From NCBI GenBank assembly GCA_951406725.2, contig OX597819.1, positions 129,890,001 to 129,954,000 on the forward strand: a stretch of DNA of 64,000 nucleotides, written 5' to 3'. Both the position numbers and the translations under genes were made by a program. The number at the start of each line of letters is the position of its first letter. The first letter of the stretch is position 1. This document shows positions 1 through 14,047 of the stretch, one piece after another. Source of the DNA: Octopus vulgaris. Lineage: Eukaryota. The notes under the pieces were generated by a model, which saw only the letters and a list, made by a program, of their open reading frames with translations, ran no database searches and had not been told where the DNA came from.

Positions 1-3000
1 CAAGTTCGATAAAATGACGTAGCGGTTCGCCAAAAAAGATCGATAAAATGACTTAGCAGTTCGCCAAACAAAATCGATAAAATGACGTAGTAGTTCGCCA
101 AACTAGATCGATAAAATGAACTAGCGGTTCGCCAAACGAGATCGATAAAATGACGTAGGGATTCTTCAAACGAGATCGATAAAATGACTTATCGGTTCGC
201 TAAACAAGATCGATAAAATGAACTAGCGGTTCGCTAAACGAGATCGATAAAATGACTTAGCTGTTCGGCAAACGAGATCGATAAAATGACGTAGCGATTC
301 GCCAAACGAGATCGATAATATGACGTCGCGGATCGACAAACCAGATCGATAAAATGACTTAGCGGTTCGTCAAACGAGATCGTTAAAATGACGTACCGGT
401 TCGACAAACGAGATCGATAATATGACGTCGCCGATCGACAAACCAGATCGATAAAATGACGTAGCGGTTCGCCAAACGAGATCGATAAAATGAACTAGTG
501 GTTCGGCAAACGAGATCCATAAAATGACGTAGCGATTCGACAAACGAGATCGATAAATTGACGTAGCGGTTCGCCAAACGAGATTGATAAAATGACCTAG
601 AGGTTCGCCAAACGAGATCGATAAAATGACATAGCGGTTCACCAAAAGACATCGATAAAATGACGTAGCGGTTCGCCAAACAAGATCGATATAATGACGT
701 AGCTGGTCGCCAAACAAGTTCGATAAAATGACGTAGCGGTTCGCCAAATGAGATCGATAAAATGACTTAGCGGTTCGCCAAACAAGATCGTTAAAATGAC
801 GTAGTAGTTCGCCAAACTAGATCGATAAAATGAACTAGCGGTTCGCCAAATGAGATCGATAAAATGACGTAGTGATTCGCCAAACGAGATCGATAAAATG
901 ACTTATCGGTTCGCTAAACGAGATCGAAAAATGAACTAGCGGTTCGCCAAACGAGATCGATAAAATGACGTAGCGGTTCGCTAAACGCGATCGAGAAAAT
1001 GACTTAGCAGTTCACCAAACATGATCGATAAAATGACGTAGCGGTTCGACAAACATGATCGATAAAATGACGTAGCGATTCGCCAAACGAGATCGATAAT
1101 ATGACTTCGCGGATCGACAAACCTGATCGATAAAATAATTTAGCGGTTAACCAAACGAGACCGGTAAAATGACGTAGCGGTTCGCCAAACGAGATCGATA
1201 AAATGACGTAGCGTTTCCCCGAAAGAGTTCGTTAAAATGACCTAGCGGTTCGCCAAACAAGATCGATAAAATGACGTAGTAGTTCGCCAAACTAGATCGA
1301 TAAAATGAACTAGCGGTTCGCCAAATGAGATCGATAAAATGACGTAGTGATTCGACAAACGAGATCGATAAAATGACTTATCGGTTCGCTAAACGAGATC
1401 GAAAAATAACTTAGCGGTTCGCTAAACGAGGTCGAAAAAATGACTTAGCGGTTCACCAAACATGATCGATAAAATGACGTAGCGATTCGCCAAACGAGAT
1501 CGATAATATGACTTCGCGGATCGACAAACCTTATCGATAAAATGATTTAGCGGTTAACCAAACGAGATCGATAAAATGACGTAGCATTTCCCCGAAAGAG
1601 TTCGTTAAAATGAACTAGCGGTTCGCCAAATATTATCGATAAAATGACTTAGAGGTTCGCACAACAAGATCGATAAAATGACTTAGCGGTTCGCCAATCG
1701 AGTTCGATAAAATGACTTAGCAATTCAACAAACAAGATCGATAAAATGACGTACCGGTTCGACCAATGAGATCGATAGAATGAACTAGCGGTTCGCCAAA
1801 GTACATTGATAAAATGACGTAGCATTTCTCTAAACGAGATTGATAAAATGACTTAGCTGTTCATCAAACGAGATTGATAAAAATGAACTAGCTGTTCGCC
1901 AAACGAGATAGATAAATTGACATAGCGTTTCCCCGAAAGAGGTCGTTAAAATGACATAGCGGTTCGCCAAATAAGATCGATAAAATGAGTTAGAGGTTCG
2001 CACAACAATTTCGATAAAATGAATAAGCGGTTCGCCAATCGAGATCGATAAAATGACTTAGCAATTCAACAAACAAGATCGATAAAATGACGTATGGTTC
2101 GACCAACGAGATCGATAAAATGATCTAGCGGTTCGCCAAAGTACATTGATAAAATGACGTAGCGTTTCTCTAAACGAGATTAATAAAATGACTTAGCTGT
2201 TCATCAAACGAGATTGATAAAATGACTTAGCTGTTGGCCAAACGAGATCGATAAAATGACTTAGCGGTTCACCAAACAAGATCGATATAATGACGTAGCT
2301 GGTCGCCAAACAAGATCGATAAAATGACTTAGCGGTTGCCAAATAACATCGATAAAATGACTTAGCAGTTCGCCAAACAAGATCGATAAAATGACGTAGT
2401 AGTTCGCCAAACGAGATCGATAAAATGAACTAGCGGTTCGCCAAACGAGATCAATGAAATTACTTAGCGATTCAACAAACGAGATCTATAAAATGACTTG
2501 GCTGGTCGCTAAACGAGATCGATAAAATGACGTAGCAGATCGCCTAACAAGATCGATAAAATGACACTAGCGGTTCAACAAACGCGGTCGATAAAATGAC
2601 ATAGTGCTTCGCCAAATAAGATCGAGAAAATGAGTAGCGGTTCCCCAAACAAGATCGAGAAAATGATACTAGCGGTTCACCAAATGAGATTGATAAAATC
2701 ACGTAGCGGTTCGACAAATGACACCGATAAAATGACAGCGGTTTACCAAACGAGGATGTTAAAATGACCTAGATCGATAAAATGACTTAGTGGTTCGCCC
2801 AACAAGATCGATAAAATAAATTAGCGGTTCGCCAATCAGAATCGATAAAATGACTTAGCAATTCAACATACAAGATCGATAAAATGACGTACCGGTTCGA
2901 CAAACGAGATCGATAAAATGACCTAGCGGTTCGCCAAAGGATAATGATAAAAAGAAGTAGCGTTTCTCTAAACGAAATTGATAAAATGACTTAGCTGTTC

Positions 3001-4450
3001 ATCACAGGAGATCGATAAAATGAATTAGAGGTTCGCCAAACGAGACCGACAAAATGACTTAGCAGTTCACCAAACGAATTCAATAAAATGAACTAGCGGT
3101 TCGCCAAAGGTGATCGATAAATTGACTTAGCGATTCGACAAACGAGATCGATAAAATGACATAGCGGTTCGCCAAACAAGATCGTGAAAATGTCTTAGTG
3201 GATCGCTAAAGGAGATCAATAAAATGACTTAGCGGCTCGACAAAAGAGATCGATTAAACGACGTACCGTTTCGGTAAATGAGATCGATAAAATGACTTAG
3301 CGGTTCGACAAACGAGATCGATATAATGACGTAGTGGTTCGCCAAACAAGATCGATAAAATGACGTAGCGGTTCGCCAAATGAGATCGATGAAATGACTT
3401 AGCGATTCAACAAACAAGATCGATAAAATGACGTAGCAGTTTGCCAAACGAGTTCGATATGATGACGTAGCCATTCGACAAACGAGATCGATAAAATGAC
3501 TTAGCGTTTCGATAAACGAGTTCGATAAAACGATGTACCGGTTCGCTAAACGAGATCGATAAAACGACGTACCGGATCGCTAAACGAGATCGATAAAATG
3601 AAATAGCGATTTGACAAAGGAGATCGATAAAATGACTTAGCAGTTCGACAAAGGAGATCGATAAGATGACGTAGCGGATTGCCAAACGTGATCGATAAAA
3701 TGATTTAGCGGTTCGACAAACAAGACCGATAAAATGTCTTAGCGGTTCGCCAAATAAAATCAATAAAATGATTAAGCGGTTCCTCTTACGAGATCGATAA
3801 AATGACTTAGCGATTCAACAAACGCTATCGATAAATTGACGTACCAGTTCGACATACGAGATAGATAAAATGACGTAGCTGTTCGCCAAATAAGATCGAT
3901 AAAATGACGTACCGATTCTCTATACGAGATCGATAGAATGATGTAGTGGTTCACCAAACGAGATCGATAAAATGAATTAGCGGTTCGACAAATGAGATCG
4001 ATAAAATGACCTAGCGGTTCGCCAAATACGATCAATAAAATGACATAGCGGTTCACCTAATGAGATCGATAAAATGACCTAGTGGTTCGCCAATCGAGTT
4101 CGATAAAATGACTTACCGATTCAACAAACAAGATCGATAAATTGACGTACCGGTTTGACATACGAGATAGATAAAATGGAGTAGCGGTTCGCCAAATAAG
4201 ATCGATAAAATTACATAGCGTTTCTCTAAACGAGATCGGTAAAATGACTTAGCATTTCACCAAACGAGATCGATAAAATGAACTAGCGGTTCGCTAAACA
4301 AGATCGATAAAATGACCTAGCGATTCGACAAACGAGACCGATAAAATGACTTAGCAGATCGAAAAAATGACTTAGCGGTTCACCATTGAAATCGATAAAA
4401 TGAACTAGCGGTTCGCCAAACAAGATCGATAAAATGATCAATAAAATGAT
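1..4450. repeat. Satellite DNA, 34-bp monomer (consensus AAACGAGATCGATAAAATGACGTAGCGGTTCGCC), about 130 copies, open at the left edge of the window
   Basis: CGATAAAATG recurs every 34 bp (e.g. positions 7 and 41). The array is CpG-rich and appears more divergent toward 4450. Confidence 0.97.
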
Positions 4451-6010
4451 GAAAACTTCCTGGGAAGTCTCGAGGAATTTCGAACTTCCTCGAAAATTGG
4501 TCCAAAACTGCATGGAAACTTCCGAGGATTTTCTAACTTCCGGTAAATTTGGTCGGAAACTTCCTGGGAAGTTCTGAGTATTTTCGAACTTCCAGGAAAT
4601 TTCGTCGAAAACTTCATGCGAAGTTCCGAGGATTTTCTTGCGGGAAATTTGGCCGAAAATTGCATGGAAACTTCCAAGGATTTTCTAACTTCCAGGAAAT
4701 TTCGTCGAAAATTTGTAAGAAAGTCCCGAGATATATTTGGTCGAAAACTTCATCGGAATTTCCGAGGATTTTCTAAATTCCGGGAAATCTGGTGGAAAAC
4801 TAAATGGGAAGTTCCCAGGATTTTCTTACTTCCGGGAAATTTAGTCAAAAACTTCCTGGCAAGTTCGAGGATCTTCTAGCATTCCAGAAATTAAATCGGA
4901 AACTACATGGGAAGTTCCAAGGATTTTCTAACTCCCCGGAAATTACGTCGAAAACTTCTGGGAAGTTCCGAGGATTTTCTAACTTTCCGGAAATGCCCTC
5001 GAAAATTCGATGGATTTCCTAACTTCCGGGGAAACTTCTGGGTAATTCCGAGGATATTCTAACCTCCCGGAAATTTCGTCGAAAATTTCATTGAATTTCC
5101 AGGAAAGTTCCAAAGGATTTTCTAACATCCCGGAAATTACGTCGAAAACTGCATGGGAATTTCCACACATTTCCCATTCCCGCGAAATTTCGTCGGAAAC
5201 TTCCTGGAAAGTTCCCAGGATATTCTAAATTCCGGGAAATCTGGTGGAAAACCGCATGGGAATTTCCGAGGATTTTTAACTTGCGGGAAATTTGGTTGAA
5301 AACTTCTAGCTTCCGGGAATTTTGTCGAAAACTTCCAGAAAAGTTCCGAGGATTTTCTAACTCCCGGGAAATTTCGTCGAAAACGTCTGGGAAGTTCCGA
5401 GGATTTTCTATCTTCCGGGAAATTTGGTCGAAATCTTCCAGGAAAGTTCCGAGGATTTTCTAACTTTCCGGAAATTCCGTCGAAATGTTCCGAGGATTTT
5501 CTAACTTTTCGGAAATGCCGTCGAAAATTCCAAGGATTTCCTAACTTCCGGGAAATTTCGTCAAAAACCTCTGTGTAGTTCCGAGGATATTCTAACTTCC
5601 GGGAAATTTGGTCCCAAACTTCCTTGGAAGTTCCGAGGATTTTCACGCTTCCGGGAAATTTCGTCGAAAACTTCCAGGGAAGTTCCGAGGTTTTTCTAAC
5701 TTCCCCGAAATTTCGTCGAAAACTGCATGGGAAGTTCCAAGGATTTTCTAGCTGCCGGGAAATTTCGTCGAAAACTTCCAGGGAAGTTCCGAGGATTTTC
5801 TAACTTCCCGGAAATTTCGTCGAAAATATATGGGAAGTTCCAAGGATTTCCTGACTCCTTGGAAATTTCGTCGAAATCTGCTGGGAAGTTCTGGCGATTT
5901 TCTAACTTTCGGGAAATTTGGTCAAAAACTTCCTGGGAAGTTCCGAGTATTTTCTAACTTCCGGGAAAATATGTCGAAAAGTGCATGGGAATTTACTAGG
6001 ATTTTCTAAC
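4451..6010. repeat. Satellite DNA, 52-bp monomer (consensus AAAACTTCCTGGGAAGTTCCGAGGATTTTCTAACTTCCGGGAAATTTCGTCG), about 30 copies
   Basis: ATTTCGTCG recurs at a 52-bp period (e.g. 5762 and 5814). It starts abruptly at the end of the 34-bp array. Confidence 0.95.
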
Positions 6011-6506
6011 GCATGCACACACATGCGTATTAATTCATATATACGATGTATATGTACGATGCATTCCTTGTCGATTTCCAGTTTACTATCATCAAACCAC
6101 GACTCCACGTGACCTTTCTCGGCTAATCGCATCCAACCTTACGGTAATAACAATCAACTTCTTTCATTCAAATTCAAAATGGCTGAAGATAGAATCAGTT
6201 ATCGATCTTGTATCAGAAGTATTGGTGTCATTCATGGTTAGCTTTTTACAAGTATACAGTATATGAAAAGAAGCCATTAGTTTCTCCAGTAAATTCATGC
6301 GTTGATGTGCTTGGAAGATCACTGTTATTACAAAGGTATACTAGTTCCCACATTGACTATATCAATACACACGCACACACACATACACATATTCACACAC
6401 ACACACTCACACACATGTATACATACTCGTGTAATATATGTATGTAATCTAATTTTAGAAATAGCGACAGAAAGAGTACAATGAAGTTGTCGTAGAGAGT
6501 GGAAAA

Positions 6507-6540
6507 TCCAACGTTTCGGATAGAGTCCTTCTTCAGAGAA
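6507..6540 (-). ncRNA. Minimal type-I hammerhead ribozyme motif
   Basis: Minus strand reads TTCT CTGAAGA A GGA ctcta TCC GAAA CG T T GGAT. Canonical CUGANGA and GAAA core, 3-bp stem II, palindromic ACGT stem III, GUU triplet, weak stem I. Confidence 0.65.
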
Positions 6541-6906
6541 AGATTGACAAGAGTGAACTTAAGAGAAAGAGCAGAGTTGCACATGTCTGAGAAATTGGCT
6601 TCTACTGATGCAAAAATACAAGACAACCTGAGTTTTATACATAGATCAAAAGTAGTAGAAGTTTGGTGATGTAGATGGAAAGTGAAATGAAGTGAGACTG
6701 AAAAGCAGACGAAGGCGAGGTGAAAGGATAAATTGAGATGAGAGGTGAGATGAAGAATAAGAAAGGGATTACTGAATAGATTAGAGCAACGTGAAATGAA
6801 GTGTTTTGCTCAAGAAAAAACGCATCTCCCGCTCCAGGAATCACAATCTTTTGATCATGAGTCCAACACCCTAACCACTATGCCATGCACCCCACGTATG
6901 AACCCA

Positions 6907-7858
6907 TACATACATACATACATACATACATACATACATACATACATACATACATACATACACACACATACATACATGCATACATACACACACACATACA
7001 TACATACCTACATGCATACATACTTACATACATATACCTAAATACATACATACACACACACATACATACATACATGCATGCATACATACACACATACATA
7101 CATACATACACACATACATACATACATACATACATACATACATGCATGCATACACACACACACATACATACATACATACATACATACATACATACATAGA
7201 TACATACATGCATGCATACACACATACATACATACATACATACATACACACATACATACATACATACATACATACATACATACACACATACATACATACA
7301 TACATACATACACACATACATACACATACATACATACACACATACATACATACATACATACATACATACATACATACATACATACACACATACATTACAT
7401 ACATACATACATACATACACACATACATACATACATACATACATACATACATACACACATACATACATACATACATACATACACACATACATACACACAT
7501 ACATACATACACACATACATACACACATACATACATACATACATACATACATACATACACACATACATACATACATACATACATACATACACACATACAT
7601 ACACACATACATACATACATACATACATACATACATGCATGCATGCATACATACATACATACATACATACATACATACATACATACATACATACATACAT
7701 ACATACATACACACATACATACATACATACATACATACATACACACACATACATACATACATACATACATACATACATACATACATACATACATACATAC
7801 ATACATACATACACACACATACATACATACATACATACATACATGCACATACATACAT
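6907..7858. repeat. (TACA)n microsatellite, about 950 bp
   Basis: Read directly from the sequence. It produces the HTYI/MYVC pseudo-ORFs. Confidence 0.98.
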
Positions 7859-8179
7859 ATATTTGTCTCAATATGTATTCATCTTCGACTCTATGCACGT
7901 GACAGCATGTGTGTGTGTGTCTGAGTTAATGTGTCAGTGCGTATGCATATGTGTTCCTACACCACCGAGTATGTTTGTATGATATTCTGCCTATGCCTCT
8001 GTGTCCACCTACTGCTTCTGTATAATAACAGTATGTTTACATATGTTTATCTGCACATGTATACATGCATACGCATGTGTGCGTGCGCGCGTGCGTACCT
8101 GTGTGTATACACGAACATAAGTTCATGCATGCATACATATATACATGCACACTTGCACACACACACACACACAGAAAGG

Positions 8180-8552
<373 letters not shown>

Positions 8553-9039
8553 TTAACAGAGTATAAATGAACCAATGAAATTCAATTACATAGACGAGAA
8601 AATATGGAACGATCCATAGGACAATGAGAAAAAAGAGGTTAAGACATCAATTAGATTCACATGGCGATAGAGAGTGTGAGGGAGTTGACCGAATAGAATT
8701 AGACAAAAATAAATACTGGCAGGGAGAGGGTGGAGGAGTGGGGTTCAGGGAGTCAGACAATGCTGAAGTGGTGTGCTTAGCTAAATGTTATTTAATGACA
8801 GTTTAACTCTATTAAAGCGTGGACGGTAGAATCTTGAAATAAGACTACACAAAGTAAGAGCAACAACGATGATAACGGCACCTATTACAATAACAACAAC
8901 TACTAATACAATGCTGTCTAACTGCCATAACAATAATAGCTTTACAGGACAACAACAATGGGAGTTGTAACGTGAATAGCAATCATGGAAAAGGCAACCG
9001 AGACGCCAAAAAATACTTACGGCTAAAAGAGCAAAAAGA

Positions 9040-9260
9040 AGGACAATAGCAACAGCAGTAGCAACAACAACAACAACAGCAATAATAACAAGAGAACTTC
9101 CAGTAGTAGTAGTAGTAGTAGTAGCAACAGTAGCAGCAATGATAGCATTGACAACATTCGCAACGATAATCTTATTATAGTCTGTAATAATAGTGATAAT
9201 ACCGAGAGTAACAACAGCTAAAATAACAAAAATGAAAACAGCAGCGACAACAACAACAAT

Positions 9261-9325
<65 letters not shown>

Positions 9326-9330
9326 CGGCG
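9040..9330. repeat. (AAC)n/(AGT)n trinucleotide tracts
   Basis: Read directly from the sequence. Confidence 0.9.
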
Positions 9331-9515
9331 GCAGCACAACATCGTCTCATCACAGTAACAACAGCATTATGGATGTCTCATGCGATAGCTACATCAACAA
9401 GAATAACGAAGACAATGATGACTACAACAATAGCAACAATAACAACTGCTATGACAACGAGAACGGTTTTAGATACAATAGCAATCGGAACAATACGTAA
9501 AGAACACCAGCAACA

Positions 9516-9884
9516 GTGGAGGCGCAATGGCCCAATGGTTAGCGCAGCGGACTCGCGGTCGGAGGATCTTGGTTTCGATTCCCAGACCAGGCGTTGTGTG
9601 TGTTTATTGAGCGAAAACACCTAAAGCTCCACGAGACTCCGGCAGGGGGTGGTGGCGACCCCTGTTGTACTCTTTCGCTCCAACTTCTTCTCACTCTTTC
9701 TTCCTGTTTCTTGTCCCCGACTTCCTACGCAACCGCTTTGCCTGGATGCGCATTCATCCATCCGTCGATACTCTCAGTGTCGGGGGTTGACCTGCTTTCT
9801 CTTCAGCGGGTCTTACGAATAGCAAAGGACCACGTTTCGGACTTCTCCCACTACAGACGGGACGAAGACCGCTTCGCTCAACAA
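9516..9884 (+). mobile_element. tRNA-derived SINE, family A
   Basis: Head GTGGAGGCGCAATGGCCCAATGG (A box) and GTTTCGATTCCC (B box). Tail ...TTCGCTCAAC. Near-identical copies at 13.6, 14.0, 24.0 and 56.9 kb. Confidence 0.9.
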
Positions 9885-10302
9885 AGAAACAAACAGCAAC
9901 AGCAATATCAGCAATAAATTGACAATAATGTCCATAAGAGGTCGCTGGACTTGCTAGATATAGCTGTGTTAAATATCTCTGAAATAACATCTCTACTGTT
10001 TAGATAAAGGAAAGTAGAGACTGGATCACGTGGTCCCTAGCAATGCAACATTTGTAACAATATAATGAAGGATTATCTCAGTTTGAGTGCTTTTGTCATG
10101 GAGCAGTCAGTGATGATCTGATGGTAAGCAATAACAAGTGAATAATGTTGTCCTAGAAAGGCGATGCTTGGAAAGAATTTGTGGTAGGTATGGTTGGAAA
10201 GCCTCTGATCATAGATTTGATCAATCTGGGTTGACTAGGAGTTGAACAACAAAATGAACAGCAATTATAAATTGAAACTGACTAACAATTTTGAATTGAT
10301 AA

Positions 10303-10672
10303 CGGTTTCAAATTATAGCACAAGGCCAGCAATCTCGGTGATGTGGTAACTCGATTATAACGATCCAAATGTCTAAGTGGTACTTATTCTATCGACCCCG
10401 AAAGGATAAAAGGCAAAGTCGACCTCGGCGGAATTTGAACTCAGAAGATAAAGAAGGACAAAATACCTGTTTCTTTATTACCCACAAGGGACTAAACACA
10501 AAGAGGACAAACAAGGACTGACAAACGGATTAAGTCGATTACATCGACCCCAGTGCGTAACTGGTACTTATTTGATCGACCCCGAAAGGATGAAAGGCAA
10601 AATCGACTTCGGCGGAATCTGTACTCAGAACGTAACGGCAGACGAAATACCGCTAAGCATTTCGCCCGGCCA
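10303..10672 (-). mobile_element. SINE family B copy joined to an older B-variant copy at the AAATAC site
   Basis: Two tandem cores ATCGACCCCGAAAGGATRAAAGGCAAA. Junction AAATAC|CTGTTTCTTT at about 10466. Confidence 0.85.
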
Positions 10673-11047
10673 ATTCGCCAACTTAAGTTTTGAATTAATA
10701 ATGTTTCATGTATATATTTATGCGAGCAAATACGCATGCATGCATACATACATACATACATAATAATACATACATACATACATACATACATACATACATA
10801 CATACATACATACATACATACATACATACATACATACATGTTTTTATATGCATGACAAGGCAGAAAATTGGTATCATCTACAAGATTCGAACATCATATC
10901 TTCCGTAAACTATGTAGTTGTTATCAAACTACTACATGAAGGTGATAGTACAAGCTCAAAATTTCAAGTTAGAACCCTTAAGCTAACAAGCTCGTACCCC
11001 TCGTTTCAGAGGCTTGTCAACAAAGATATATATATGTGTATATATAT

Positions 11048-11235
11048 CGCCATGATAGGTCGTTAGCCACTACACACATTTTTTCTCTCCTTGTTTGTTT
11101 CTGTGTCCCTTTCTGTAGAAGAGCGTAGGCTCGAAACGTAAAAGACTTTTTCTATTCCTGAGCGTTATACTAATTCATCTGTTTGTTTTGTACACCACCT
11201 GTCTTCGTCTTTTGTTTTTTTCGTAAACTCTCTCT
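11048..11235 (+). mobile_element. Penelope-like terminal-repeat remnant in (TA)n, with hammerhead-variant motif at 11109-11144
   Basis: CTTT CTGTAGA A GAGC gtag GCTC GAAA CG T A AAAG. Homologous copies at 30637-30790 (+) and 36888-37050 (-); all three have their 3' end on (TA)n. Confidence 0.65.
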
Positions 11236-11350
11236 ATATATATATAATATCAAGATATGATATTATATATATCTAATACGGAAGACGAAAACAACGTAAC
11301 ATTGTCTACAGGAATTGAACTTCTGATCTACTGTAAATCATATGACCGTA

Positions 11351-11407
<57 letters not shown>

Positions 11408-12058
11408 CGAACATGCATACACACACACGCACACATATATGTATATGTATATATACTCTTATCGAAACGGTAATATTGTTTTAAAAGAACCACCTCTGAG
11501 CTTCCTAGTAAATTCCAGAAAACAATTACAACATATATGATCGTATATAAACAGACTTTCGAACGGGAGGTGTTGAGAGGGTGGGATAATTCAAGACAAA
11601 TATACAGAGGAAGAAATCAAAACAGCGAAGGAAACCGAGACACAATACAATCAACAGAAAACGTTGTCTTTATCTCTTTAAATCTGCATAAAATTGCTTC
11701 CATTTCCGCCTCTTTTCGCCATAACGAGGTCATAACCACCATGATAGCAGGAGGCAGACGATAGGGAAGAGACGATAGGGAACGCTCGTATCTGTGTCTG
11801 TGTGCATGTACGTTGTGTATGTGTGTATGTGTGTGTGTGTGTGTGTGCGTGTGTGTGTATACACGTAATGAGCGCGCATATGTGTACGTGTAATTGTGAT
11901 TTGGTATGTGCGCACACGTTCTGAATTACTAGCGTCTGTTCAAATCGTATTTTGGTACATGTGTGTGTGTGTGCTTATGCGATATAAGTATATGTATAAG
12001 TACTTGTATGCATGTTTACTTGTGCATTCGTCTATATGTATACATGTGTGTGTAAATG

Positions 12059-12119
<61 letters not shown>

Positions 12120-12248
12120 ACGTTTTATATATATATATACATTTTATATATATTTATCATATATATATATATATATATATGAATGTATTTATGTATGTAT
12201 ATATACACACACACACATATATATATGCATGTGTGTATATATATATAT

Positions 12249-12391
12249 AGGCGTGGCTGTGTGATAAGAAGCTTGCTTTTCAACCACATGGTTCCGGTTT
12301 CAGTCCCACTGCGTGGCACCTTGTGTTCGAGACGCCGACCTTGTGAGTGGATTTGGCTGATGGAAATTGACTAAAGCCCGTATTGTATATG

Positions 12392-12462
<71 letters not shown>

Positions 12463-12690
12463 GTGTATGTGTGTGTTTATGTCTGTGTTTGTCCTCTACC
12501 ACCGCTTGACAAACGTTGTTGGTGTGTTTACGTTCCCGTAACTAATCAGTTCGGCAAAAAGGGCCTACAGAATAAGTATTCGATTTTACAAACAATAAGT
12601 CTTTGGGTAGATTTCTTCGACTAAAATCCTTAAATGTGGTGCACCAGTATGGACCCAGCCAAATGACTGACACAAGTAAAAGATAAAAGA
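12249..12690 (+). mobile_element. tRNA-derived SINE, family C (diverged, internal (TG)n)
   Basis: Head GGCGTGGCTGTGTG...TTTCAGTCCC. Tail GTGGTGCACCAGTATGG...AAATGACTGA...TAAAAGA. Confidence 0.85.
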
Positions 12691-12796
12691 TACACACCCA
12701 CACACACATGTTTGTGTATGAGATCGTGGTTTCGATTCCTAGACTAGCTGCACGTAGTGTTGTTTAGCAAAACGCTTTATTTCACGTTGCTCCGGT

Positions 12797-12850
<54 letters not shown>

Positions 12851-12981
12851 GACAATGGGTTTTCTGAAAAATTTTCCACTTTAATAATTGGATGTTTATC
12901 AGTTTATAAAAATGTCACCTCATTAAAATGACACTTTTATATTATCAGAAAAATTATCAGAAATACCATTTCTGTTCATTT

Positions 12982-13017
<36 letters not shown>

Positions 13018-13609
13018 GGGGATACCTATATGTATATAGTATACACATAATTGTACGTACAAATTAGACAGTTGATGGTGGATTCGTTTTAATAATTGAG
13101 AAGTCCCGCGAACAAAATTCTAGCGCCCTGTCTAGGCAAGTGATGATCGCGAAGATGATAAAATATCAATCATACAAGCAGAAAAACAACTGTATAAATG
13201 GAAGGCAAAGAAAAAAGAAAGAAAAGAAGAGTTTGAGAGATTAATATGAATGGAATAAATAGTATGGAATAAATAAGGACGAAACCATTGCCAACAACTC
13301 GAAACACAACAACAATAACATTCCTAATTTGCAAACATTGTTGATCAAAAGAAGTGACATTACTTGGACTAAGTCAAAGAAAAAGAAAACGATTCCATGA
13401 GAGATGTGAAAATAGGCCTTGCTCAATGAATTCTGAGGAAAGTCGAAAAAGAAGATGATTATACGTCTGAGTTTTCAAAGGTTAAAATCTTTTTAACAAT
13501 AATACAACCATCTCATGAACCACTACATTTGCTGGCTACAATAACGCCACCAACAAGTGCACCAATGTAGTCAGCTACAACAGAAGGAGCAGCAGCAGAA
13601 CCAACAGCA

Positions 13610-13962
13610 GTGGAGGCGCAATGGCCCAATGGTTAGGGCAGCGGACTCGCGGTCGGAGGATCGCGGTTTCGATTCCCAGACCGGGCGCTGTGTGTGTTTA
13701 TTGAGCGAAAACACCTAAAGCTCCACGCGGCTCCGGCAGGGGGTGGTGGCGATCCCTGTTGTACTCTTTCGTCCCAACTTTCTCTCACTCTTTCTTCCTG
13801 TTTCTTGTCCCCGACTTCCTACGCAACCACTGAGCCTGGATGCGCATTCATCCATCCGTCGAAGCTCTCGGTGTCGGTGGTTGACCTGCTTTCTCTTCAG
13901 CGGGTCTTACGAATAGCAAAGGACCACGTTTCGGACTTCTCCAACGAAGACCACTTCGCTCA
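13610..13962 (+). mobile_element. SINE family A
   Basis: Same head and body as the 9516 copy. Confidence 0.92.
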
Positions 13963-14047
13963 TTAGTTCGCAGATTAGTTAGGCGGTATTAGCAAAAATG
14001 TGGTGTTTTTGCTGCTACTATTGCTGTTGGTGCTGCTGTTGCTGTTG

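Noticed and set aside
1-4450. CRISPR array (34-bp repeat length)
   Set aside because: The monomers are contiguous with no unique spacers, there are no cas genes, and the context is eukaryotic.
370-6132. ORFs in the satellites (e.g. MANRYVILS...)
   Set aside because: They are periodic translations of tandem repeats in several frames.
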